A stretch of DNA of 57,640 bases from Girardia tigrina (taxonomy: Eukaryota): NCBI GenBank assembly GCA_001938485.1, contig MQRK01170283.1:1-57640 (forward strand), in the 5' to 3' direction. The translations under genes were made by a program, and so were the position numbers. The notes under the pieces were generated by a model. That model did not search any database and was not told the DNA's origin. It worked only from the letters and a program-made list of their open reading frames with translations. Below are positions 40,648 through 52,596 of the stretch, piece by piece; position 1 is the first letter of the stretch; each line of letters begins with the position of its first letter.

Positions 40648-40816
40648 TTATGTAAATAATAATTAGAGAAAAACAACTGAGAAAAGAAAGAAAACAAAAA
40701 CAGAAGATGAAATTAGCAAGATAATAAGAAAATGTAATTAATAATTATGTAAATAATAATTAGAGAAAAACAACCGAGAAAAGAAAGAAACAAAAACAGA
40801 AGATGAAATTAGCAAG
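40648..40816. repeat. Local duplication, about 70-bp near-identical copies at about 98-bp spacing
   Basis: TTATGTAAATAATAATTAGAGAAAAACAAC...CAGAAGATGAAATTAGCAAG occurs twice. Confidence 0.85.
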
Positions 40817-42341
40817 GAAAAAAAATTATATATTAGCAAAATATATATATATATTAAAAAATCAATAAATAATACAATATAAAAAATAATATTGCAAAAC
40901 CAAATTTGTTGGATCTTTTTTGATAAATCTTCCTCTCTTCGAATTACAAGTGGATTTTTAAAAGTTATTGTAAATATCGCCATATTTATAAATCTTCTCA
41001 ACAATTTCCAAGTGGAATTTCTCTTTTATCCAATTCGTTGTGAATATCGAAGCCGAGGAATTCTAAAAATCAAAACCTCTTCAAAAATCCTCTTCACCCA
41101 TCGAAATTCTTGACCAGTTCCATTCAAAATATTTGTTTTTGTTGACTATCAATTGGGACAGTAAGAAAGTAACTTTTTACTAGTTTAATCTCCTCTAACT
41201 GATTTTCGTTTTGTTTGGTGATATTGTCAACTTCTTTTTATCCTTCTGTTGGATCGTTATTAATATAATCTTTTTAACTTAACGTATTGTTTTTATTTTC
41301 TTATTTATATTCGTATGTAGATTAAAAATTAGGTTCATCTCCTATTTAATCCACTTCACAGACCTCAATTCATCAAGCAAAGCCCATGAATCTTCATTTT
41401 GAAAGCAAAAGTTATATGAAAACATTAAATTTTCGCGGAATATTTACTGTCTTGAATCATTTATATCACCACATTCTGAATCTGTCATTACTGCGAAAAA
41501 CAGAACGACATAATAATATTGCGTCTCTAAATTTTTCCGTTCATTCTGATCTTTCTATTCTTTGTGATATGCTTATTCTTTCTATGTAGACCGTATCATG
41601 AAAGAAAATCAGTTTTATTAAATGAATGTCCAGCACAAAGTTGTATTATTTTACTAATTTATTGTCTAAAATTAATTGAGAGATTCGTTTATTTTATTTT
41701 ATAGATAAATTTATTTTTAAAAAACTTAAAACATTAAACAAAAGTGTCATTTGTCTCGTACAAAAAGATATAGTAAGAGTTATAAAAAATATGTTAAATA
41801 TCACAAATACCGATCGAGATGAAGTTATAAAAAATAAAATAATTTACCAATAGTTAGGAGAAATTCAATCGAGAATAATTTCGATCCACGAGAGATTCTA
41901 GACGAATATCGAGAAGAGGGATTTTGGATGTTGGATAATGCAAATTCAGATGTATAAGATATTTTCGTCATTTGTTTTTTTCTCGGAATTTTCTTTGGAT
42001 TTTTGAAGAAATAATTGTTGGTTTATTGTGTTGTTTTTTTATAAAAAAAGTTTTAATTTATATATGAAAAATAATAATTTCTATATAAAACGAATATTTT
42101 CTATCTATAAGAGAATAAAAAAAGTGAGGTATTGGTGTATATTAAATATCTGATTGTGGTGCTCGAAAAATTTCAGAAAAAAAATCAAAAATCAAAAATC
42201 GAACAACAAACAATAGTTTAAATAAACTAACAGTAATAAAATTTTGTGTACGAATTTAAATGGAACAAAATAAATGTATTCTCTTTGTTGACCGTCTTTT
42301 TGTTCGTGTAAACATAATTCTCACGTTCGAATGGATAATAA

Positions 42342-42560
42342 CTCGAATCACACCGCGCGGTCGGATCACGTGTGCCATTGCCTGACACAATTCGGCGACA
42401 AATGGTGAATTTCCACGACCGCACCAACAACACGTCCGGGGTGCGGGTCGACGAACCGAGTGAATCATCTACCATCTCGAACGGTGTCGGCGGTCATGGA
42501 GTCAAAAATGCGGTACGAGAAACTGGTGTCAGTCAGATCTAATCGAATTCCAGTCGACAC
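42342..42560 (+). pseudogene. Paired-box (Pax/Tc1 PAI)-like remnant
   Basis: Open frame PLPDTIRRQMVNFH...SGVRVDEPSESSTISNG...RETG compared with the paired-domain PLPDSTRQKIVELAH SGARPCDISRILQVSNG...RYYETG. The SG.R to SNG spacing is identical. Confidence 0.4.
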
Positions 42561-44189
42561 GATACCGGTTGATCTGTCCAACCGAACGACAACTTCCCGC
42601 AGTTTGAAGAGCTACTGGCCTTCATAGCTCTATCCGGAGGCCAGTACTTCACTAATAAATAAAGATGGATTAAAATAATGGAAATCCTTAAGATTATCCA
42701 TTCATCGTCAATAGTTAATGGTCAGTAATAAAAAAATAAAATAAATTGTTTTGGCCCTAAATTTATGTAAATTCCAAATTTTCGAAAACGTTCATACTTA
42801 AAAGATAATACTTTTTTTTATTTTTTCTACAACATTTTTCTTATGTTTTAGCTATTTTCCATTTTTTATTGTATTTCTTTGATTGTTCCTCTTTTCAAAA
42901 AGCAATTTTTAACACTCTTTTCATGAAAAAGAATCGTTTGTCTTTGATATTCTTCTACAAAATTTTAAAAAAAACTTAATGGCATTTTAATTTGAATTAA
43001 AAACGATAACATAAAATATTCTTTTTCGTCCATTATTTTCATAAATTGGCAAATAATTCCTATCTCGTTTATTATAAAAATAATCATATAACAAGAATAT
43101 GAATCAGTATAAGTTTATCATTTACTAAAACAAATTAAGCCATTCAACGGATAATAATGGAACGCAGGGGCAGTTAATCTCTTTTCCTTTCCAACTTAAT
43201 GCAATAATTAAAAAAAAGGAGAAAAAACGGTTTATTGGTTCATATTATTTATATAGCCAAATAAACAATAAAATAACGAGTTTTTCTTTTAAAACTTCCT
43301 CAGGGGCATGTCAGAAAAATAAGTTGAGAATATTCAACATAATTATTTCTTGAAACATAATTTAATTTATTTTTACCAGCTGCAGTTTTCTCTCCGATAT
43401 TATTTTAGTTTCTTTTCAAAATATTTCCGAAATTTCAAAAAAAAAAACAAAATTTGTTTTCTATTTTTATTATTTAATTGATCGAGACTTCTTGATTTGA
43501 GATCCCATTGTCCGATATCGATAAGTCAATTAAATACTTCCATTACGAAAGCCTCTTCCAGTGACACAGAACGGATGCCAATCATGAGGAAGTCAGTCAA
43601 TTAAGTTGCTCCAGTTTTGCGTCAAGTTGGAAGAGAAAATATTGATTTATAATACTTAAGGCAAAAACGTTTTTCTTTTCTTTCGGTTCTTTTGAGACTT
43701 TGGTAGTCGAAAATGGTATTATTATTTTTTAAAATAAAGACAACAATGGAAATCGGTTTTCCTTCGATTTGAACCATTTTATATGATGGAGAATTAACGA
43801 AAGTCAAAGAAATATTTTCAGTTGAAATACTTCTTTTTTAGTAGACTGGTTTTAAAGTCAGCAATCACTAGGACTGTCCTATGGCACTAAAAATCAAAGG
43901 TAAAAGTCCTTCAGGATTAATTATCAGTTTGGAACGAAATTTTTGTCAGTTATTTTAAAAACTGGAAATAAATTTTTAAATTTCATTTTGTCTTTTATGG
44001 ATTTAATATGTTATATATTTGTGGGAGAATTTTGATATATTATTCGCATTGTATAGACTTTCCTAAAAAAATAGTATTGATTATAGGAACAAGTTCAAAT
44101 GTGAAAAAAGGGTGAAGAAAATGCAACTAAATTTTCCTTGGTCGTACATTAAAAACATTCACGCTAGCAATAATTGAGATTCAACGACT

Positions 44190-44830
44190 GATATAACATG
44201 TTTTCGATGGTAAGCGATTTTCAGTTCCACCAATACGCATCGTAAAAACGAAAAGCCCTCTCTACGCCCAACAAACATTGTTAAACGAGTGATACATCGT
44301 TTCAAAGAAGTGGATCACACTCCATCCGTGCGCTAAATAGCCGCTGAATTCCAAACTTACGATACAATCGTTATTGGGAACTTCCAGAAAATGAACAAGA
44401 AAGATAAAGGTGGTCACGAATTTAAAGAAATGCAAAGAAAATCGGCGAATTAACAACTGTTCTCGGCTGTTTCACAAATTCAACCGTAATGGATTGCAAC
44501 GGATTTTGACGTGCGATGAGAGGTGACTTGCCTAAACCACCACCTCTGAAGTTTATGGCACACAATTAGACCATGTTCAGACCGGTTTGCTTGTTCATGG
44601 TATCAACATGGCTTGTGTTTGTTTTCAACAAGACAACAGGAAACTAACTTATGTTTCCCACTGGAGGAGCCAAAACTTGAAGAATTCTGTTAGGGTATTC
44701 CTAAAAACCCACTATATAGCCTAGACGTTGTACCATCCAATTATTCTGTTTTCAGGTGACTGGAAGATTTCCTTCGAGTACGCCACTTCATGGATAATGA
44801 ACACGTAAAACATTTTTCAAAAAAGCACGA
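44190..44830 (+). mobile_element. Heavily decayed mariner transposase
   Basis: Fragments LQRILTCDER, FQQDN and YSLDVVPSNYSVF (YSPDLAPSDY equivalent). Confidence 0.6.
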
Positions 44831-45285
44831 AATAAGATAATTTTATCAACCGCATTTCCATTCAGTAACTCGGAAGATTTTTTATTTATATTTTGCTTTA
44901 GATTCATCAAGTATGCTACCAATGTTTTTAAGTGTTTTCTATTATACCTAAGAAATAATGATGTTTTATGATATTTTCCTGATTTCGTTTATATACTGTT
45001 AAAAAGTTGAAAAACGTGTTTATCGCGATGTCATTTTACCAAATTTACAATTTGAATGTGTAATTAGGTAAGGTAAATCCTAGTCGCAGATATTGCTATA
45101 AAAGAATGTCAAATGACTTGTTTATTAGACGACATTCCAGACGACATTGATTGACATTATTATAACTGTCTTATGTGTCGTTTGTTTCATACACAAATGT
45201 ACACAGTCATTTATAAACACAGTATCTGTATTCACGGATTAACATCTAAAATGGAGAAAGTAAAGCATTATCAATATTAAATGTA

Positions 45286-46313
45286 TTGGGGTGTTCGGAA
45301 AGTCATTTCGTTTTTTTTGTATTAAAGTAAAAGACAAATTTTATGACGAATAAATATTTTATTGAAATGCATATTGACCATGATTCCACTTGTATGAGGT
45401 CTGGCATTGTCTAGGTGAAACACTACACCTTTGCTATTGATCAATTCTGACATTTTTTGTTTAAGGGATTCATTTAATTTGTCCTGCTGATGACAGTAGA
45501 CGTCCAAATTGATCGTAGTTTTGTCCGGAAGAAGCTCATAAAATACGATTCCTTTGAAATCCCACCAAACCTATAGCATCACTTTTTTTTATGAATGTCA
45601 GCTTTCGAAGTACTTTGAGCAGGTTGATCTTTTTTTACTCCAAGATGTCTTGCGTTTTACATTATTGTAAACTACCCATTTCTCATCTCCAGTAACGATG
45701 CGCTTCAAAAATGGATCATTTTCTTGACGTTTGAGAAGCATATCGCAGATGTCTAAACGACAGCATAAATTTCGTTCGGTAAGATTATGAGGAATCCATG
45801 TGTCGAGTTTTGATATATAACCTAGGCGCTTCAAATGATCATGGACGGTCGAATTAGATAAATGTAATGTCTGGGCAATTTTGCAAGTTGTTATTCGTCG
45901 GTTTGAATCAATTAATGACTTTATTATGTCTTTGTCGGCCTCAATGGGTCTTCCGGAACGTGAAGAATCTTCAACATCAAAATTTCCTGATCGAAATTTT
46001 TTAAACCAGTTTTGGCATTGGCGTTCTGTCAACACATCTTCTCCATACACTTCTCATAATTTTCTTCTTGCTTGTACATCATTTTTACCTTTTCGGAAGT
46101 AAAAAAGTAATATATGCCGTAAATGCTGATTCTTGCTTTCCATCTTTGATAGGTCAAAAATCAAATATAAATGCTTTTAATTATTCCAAAATTTTCCAAA
46201 TCTAACCTTGATTACCAACTGCTAAAATAAATAATATAGTCAATTATTATTAATATAAAAAATACATTTAAAACAAGTATTAAAAAAACGAAATGACTTT
46301 CCGAACAACCCAA
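45286..46313 (-). mobile_element. mariner element with TIRs and a C-terminal deletion
   Basis: TIR TTGGGKTGTTCGGAAAGTCATTTCGTTTTT with TA TSDs. ATG at 46143 (MESKNQHLRHILLFYFRKG), then WIPHNL, IVTGDEKW and HLDNARPHT. The YSPD region is missing. Confidence 0.93.
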
Positions 46314-48930
46314 TATATTAATATTAAATAAATTTCTATCATTATCTATAATTCAACTTTGAAGCATTTTTGCAGTGGTATAACAACAATAAATTTAGTT
46401 TTTATTTAAAATATATTATATTTATATTATGATATTATTATCATTATTATTAATTTATATTATATTATGTTTTTTTTATTAAAAAAACATTTCTCGACAA
46501 ATTTAATCTAAATTTGTTTACATTCGTCTAATTATTATCAAATTTTGATTTGCACAGACTCATGACAACATTTACGATATCAAATATTAATTTATCATTT
46601 GATAAGTTGATGAAAATATAATCATTATTATTAATTTTTCTTGGTTACTGTGGTTTCATAATATAGAAAAGTAACGGATGTTGCTAAAAAGAATCATTAG
46701 CCTAGTACTTACCTCTAATGGCAATTTATTGATTTATGCCAGTTTATGTATACAACTTTAATTTTCCCATCCAAGGTTGAAACATTTCGTTCTGTGGCCT
46801 TGGGTGGGGCAAGACACTGCGCCCTAAAGTTGGATAAACTACTTAACACATGCAAAATCGGAAACTTATTACCCATAGATTAGGTACAGACCACATTTGT
46901 TCATTTAAAATTTACTTTAAAATAGTATTCCGTTACATTTCAATTAAATATAATATATGGGAATTTAAATTACAAATTATCTCTCATATATTTATTTATA
47001 AATTCCTATCTCTCCTTTGCCTAAAGACGATTCAAAGCAACATTTTCCTGTTATTTATCGAATGACTATATACATAAAGATAATTAATATTAAAAAAAGA
47101 ATCAAACAAAAAAAGAAAAAAAAATAATTTAAAAATTGGTTATTTCAGTTTTGTTCGAATAAATAATTTATTAACTGAGGACTCCTCAAGTCATTCATTT
47201 TATTGAATATTGTGCCAATTTCGAGGGCAGAATGTGTGCCGATTTTGCATCGAGTGTGAGTAATTAAAATGGGTTGCTCTGATTTGTCAACCAATCAGAG
47301 CAAGCCTTGAGCCAGACATGATTTTTATTTTATGTTACTTTTTTTAAAAAGTTTTGATTTACTGCTCATTTTTTACGTTTTTTAATGAGAAATTTTTTTT
47401 ATAGAAATTTTTTGTAGAGCCCTAATTGTTTGAGATTTTTATCGAACAACAATTTGATTTTTGAAATTTGTCAAATAGTTATTTTTGGGATCTTGATCGA
47501 GATTAAGACTCATTAACACCAAATTTTTATTTCTAACACAATTAACAAATATTCAAACAATTTTTTTAATAACAATTTTTCGTCGAGGAACTTTTCTTCG
47601 TTTTCTTTTTGACCAGATTTTCAAATAAAAATATGGAATTATAAATATTGATAAGCTATTTTAAAATTGAAATGATTTTTATTCTCGTTATTTTGAAAAT
47701 TTACATTCCACTATTTTTTGCAACTTTATTTAAATTAAAACCAACATAATTTATTGTAGTCATATTTTTACTAAATTAACCAAAATGCTTTTTATTATTT
47801 TAGAATTAGTTTAATGTTATTTTCTTTTATTTGTGAAACGTTTTTAATTAATAAAAGATTTTAAAGTTTTATTTATTATCATCATTTCTTTTTTAAAGCA
47901 TTTTTTACCTACAATTATTTTAAATACAATAAAAATTTTTAATACAATTTAAATACAAAAAAATAATTTAAAGTATTCAAATTTTTATTATTATTATGAT
48001 GCATTAATGATAAAAGTTTTAATCTTTATTTCTTTTTACGAAAACTGTTTAGAATTAAGTATTTGTCAAATCTTTAATTGGCAGAATTTCAAACTAAATT
48101 TAAAATGTAATATTATCTGTTTTATTACTTTACATCTCTGGCAATAAAGTTCATTATTTTATTTTTTAGAATAACTTTTAAAATTATTACAAACATAATT
48201 ATCCTTGTCTTTATATATTTCTTTTAAAGCAATTATTTAAAAATCCATTATTTCTCAATTAATTTCATTTTAAGTTTTTACTCTACAATTAAAATCGATT
48301 ATTTCCGAAGATAACTTTTTAAAATTAATTAAGATATATTTTTTTAATTATAATTGCTTAAAAAACTTTTGATTTTAAATATTTCCTTATTTTAGAATAT
48401 CTTTATAAAAATTAATTGTTTCAAAAATTTTAAAGAGTGAGCCAGTCCTTCACAATCGTTATTTTGAAACTTTGTTGAATGCTATTTGATGATTACTTGA
48501 AATTTTTTCAAACTGATTTATTTAAAAAGACAATTTATGGGACTTTTATTTTGAATTTTGTAATACAAATTTTACTGAATCAAATATAAAATTACTATTC
48601 GATGAGTGAACATTTAATCTCAATAATAAAATGCGCCTGCAAGAATTCGGAATACTCGAGACTCTACAAATCGACTTCCACTACACTACATACGTCCGAT
48701 CTTCAGGACAACCTGGAGATCGGGCGGAACATATACATTCACAGGTGTTATATTAATAAGTTATAAAACTTAATTGAATCATTTATGAGATAAATATTTG
48801 TATTGTAAATGTCATTCTTCTGATTTGATGGTTATATAAACATTTTCTTTGAGTACTTTCCATTCATTACCAGTTTTGATGATCTATTTAATTTCATAAC
48901 ATAGCCGATAATCTTATTCATTTGCTTATC

Positions 48931-48975
<45 letters not shown>

Positions 48976-49099
48976 CTTTTTCAAAGAAAAGCGATATATA
49001 ATTTATATTGGATTGAAAAACTTGATAACATAATATTTATGTATTTATACGACTATATAAAAATATTTAAATTAACTATCAAAACGTTTTTCTTTTCAG

Positions 49100-49438
49100 T
49101 ACTCCATTTCATCCATCACTTCCGATTTTGCCACTGAGTGCATTAGAGACCTTCAATCAAAGCACATTGACACCAGTTGTTCCATTGACATGTATTCCTT
49201 GTACGACCCAAACAACAGCATCCATGTCTGATTACGGTTTCAGAAATTGGATTGTGTTTGTGGAAAATCTGAGTCCAGATACAACTGATGATAACATATG
49301 GCAACTATTTAATCCCTTTGGAGCAGTTCAATCGGTGTTTTTATCCAAAGACATGGTAACAAATACATGTTCGGGGTATGGATTTGTTCAAATGATCAAT
49401 TATAATGAAGCTGTACTGGCTGCCCAGTGTCTAAATGG
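49100..49438 (+). CDS. elav: ELAV/Hu-like RNA-binding protein, exon encoding most of RRM3
   Basis: Acceptor TTTTCAG (AG at 49098-49099) is phase-2 compatible with the 21809 donor (AG|T = Ser). WIVFVENLSPDTTDDNIWQLFNPFGAV...GYGFVQMINYNEAVLAAQCLNG is a typical Hu RRM3. Donor GG|GTAAGT. Confidence 0.85.
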
Positions 49439-49573
49439 GTAAGTTTTGAAGTGTTAAAGTATTTATAGATTTTAAGGTTTTTTTACTTCAGTTTAAGTAA
49501 TTTATGAATATATATATATATATNNNNNNNNNNNNNNNNNNNNNNNNNNNNNNNNNNNNNNNNNNNNNNNNNN

Positions 49574-49623
<50 letters not shown>

Positions 49624-50392
49624 TATAAGAATGTAGCTTTAATAATAATAATGTAAGTATCATTTTCAATTTTAAATAAGGTAATAATAAAATAATTTAT
49701 TTAAGATACCATGTCTTTGACCTGTTTACTTTGTTTATTATCAACCTTTAGATGTGAAGTCCTTAGTCAATATTGTTTTTACCACATAATAATTTATAAT
49801 TTAATTAAACCCTGAGTAGGTCGCCGTCAATATATTCCAGTTTGTTTTAACAAAATTTTCCAATCCATGGTTGGGAGAAAAACAAGTTTTATTTACTTTT
49901 AATGAAAGATTTATCAAAAGTAATTGTGTTTTTTGCTTAAATTAAATTTCTAGGTTTAGAGATTATTAAACTACATTACCTTTTATCCATAATATTCAGA
50001 ATCGCAAGGTGAGAAACACTGATCTAAACCAGAGATTGTCACACTTTGGTAGGGGTATCATTGGTTTAACTTTATATGGTACGTGAAAAAATTAACATTT
50101 AAAAGATACGACAATGTAAAAGAGGTAGACAAATAAATAAAACGTTCATTTATTTATTTATTTAACTATTTAGTTCACTTTTACTGTTTATGCAGAAGAC
50201 GTTAACTATACAAGTGACTATACACCAGTCGAATTAAATATTTGTGGGTACATTATAAGTGCCTTATAAGGTTGAAAGTATAAATAATAGAAAAATTGTG
50301 TCTTCTGTTACAAGGTTCTATTTTAATAAAGATGAACAATTACGGAGTTGCCCATATATTTAAAACTGAATATAAATTTTGTAATGTTTTTA

Positions 50393-50428
<36 letters not shown>

Positions 50429-50430
<2 letters not shown>

Positions 50431-51215
50431 GTAGCACGTTAAAACACCGAAAAAAAGCGTCGAAAAATTATGACGTCATAAAAAACATCAAAAAAACGTC
50501 GAAAAAGATTTATATTAATAATTTATATTAATTTATATTAAAAGATTTATATAAATAAAACCAGCCAATTTCAAAATATATATTTCTGGATTTCTATTGG
50601 CTCGGTCTATTAAAAAAGCTACTAATTTTACGGTAAAAATCACATATTTCTTTTTTCTCCTAATAGTTTCACCATTCGTCAACATAATGAATTTTTGAAA
50701 ACATGATCTTTCTTCAAATTTTACTTTCTGCATAAATTTTTCAAGTGTTGGATTCAAATTACCAAATATATTTTTGAATGAATTGTGCCATCTTTCAATG
50801 GCATTATTAGTTCTTGGAATATCATTAAAAAGACGTGTTCTTGCATGCCATAATGCAATTGAAAACTGGCCCTACCGAAAATTTCATCAAGTTCCGTTCC
50901 CATATAATATTCGTGAAAATATGAGTAAATTTCTGAAAGGCAATTTGGGAAAGACTCACTTGATTTTAAGAAGTTGAAAACATTTCTAATATGTTGTTAA
51001 TTAATTGTTCGCTGATTAAATTTCGAAAATAATTTTCATTTTCAGTGATCAAAATAATAATTTAAGTATATTTAGAAATATCATTAATTTATTTATTCAT
51101 TCATTCACTTAAGCATTATTTATTAATACATCATTTCATTTAATGTTTTATTAAAACTTTTTTTCGATGTTTTAACGTTTCGATGTTGTATATTCGACGT
51201 TTTAACGTGGTACCC
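50429..51215 (+). mobile_element. Non-autonomous Mutator-like (MULE) element
   Basis: Imperfect TIRs GTA(G/C)CACGTTAAAAC with AACRTCGAA subterminal repeats. Internal HNAIENW resembles the MULE C-terminal RTNN.VEGWH motif. Confidence 0.55.
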
Positions 51216-52007
51216 AATTGGCTTTCTACAGGTAGAGGGAATCATTTCCGAGGCAGGAAGTTATTTTTGTGGACCACGTTGCAGAATGCAGGAACACAAG
51301 ACAAAATACTTAAAACAAATTAAGATTAATTAAAACATGCAGTTAATGCTATTGTAAGTCTGACGAAAGATTGTCATGTGCAAATCTGATTACTTTCAGA
51401 GGATGTGAACTAATGGTTAATATTAGTTCAGAAGGTAGAAAGCCATGAGCATATGGGCAATGTAGCTATTATATTAGCAGTTAATGTCATGGATGAAAAC
51501 ACTGTTTAAAAAGATTTTGCATCTAAAGACAAGCCTGTGGGATTGTCTCATGCAGAAGTTAATAATTGCTTTGAAACAATAATTTAAAAAGTTAAAGCTA
51601 AAATCTGAATGAACAAATACAAATTTGCGATTTACTTAAGTAAGAAAAACTTTTGTTTATACACTAAGACCGGATTTCGCTAGTTTGTAAAGTATCATGT
51701 GTATTTATTAAATATGGACTTCATATGATCACTATATATCACTATAAATCACTACATATATCACTATATATAAACATATACTACGAATGAATGTAATATG
51801 TAAGAAATCGTTTTTTTTCATTTCTTTATAAATATTTCATATCCGAACGAAGTGATAAATAAACTTTATTATTCTTTATTAAATAAAAAGTTATTTTTAA
51901 AAACCTTAAATATTTTAATGTTTTTGGCAAAAATGTCACTGAAGATGTTATAATTTGTACAAATGCCAAATTTTCAATTAGCATATTCCACATCTTGACT
52001 TTGTATA

Positions 52008-52050
<43 letters not shown>

Positions 52051-52220
52051 NNNNNNNNNNNNNNNNNNNNNNNNNNNNNNNNNNNNNNNNNNNNNNNNNN
52101 NNNNNNNNNNNNNNNNNNNNNNNNNNNNNNNNNNNNNNNNNNNNNNNNNNNNNNNNNNNNNNNNNNNNNNNNNNNNNNNNNNNNNNNNNNNNNNNNNNNN
52201 NNNNNNNNNNNNNNNNNNNN

Positions 52221-52269
<49 letters not shown>

Positions 52270-52596
52270 AGCACGTGTAATGCAAATACATCTTTTCCCA
52301 ATTATTCTGAATCATCCTTTAAAATCATCATATATTACTTATTTAATTCCGTACTGAATGTTCTGATTAACATGACATTAAAAAGTGGTAAAAATATCTT
52401 GTCGAATTGTTTCTATCGAACAGTTTCATTTTATTTCTTCCTGCTTATGTCGAAATGTGACTTTCAACTTCTTATATTAATTGAAAGTCAATAATCGGGG
52501 ATGAGTGAGGTCAGGACCAGCTATGAGGCGGGTAAGAGATACCCCAAAAAATTTGTCAATTTTTTGATACAATGCATGTGTAATTAGCATTTATGC

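Noticed and set aside
50174-50237. Candidate last ELAV exon (GSLLLFMQKTLTIQVTIHQSN*)
   Set aside because: Phase-compatible but a poor match to the conserved LG.K.LQVSFK end of RRM3; not supportable without transcripts.
51935-51970. CTGAAGATG hammerhead-like start
   Set aside because: No convincing stem II, GAAA box or stem I partner; at most a decayed relic.
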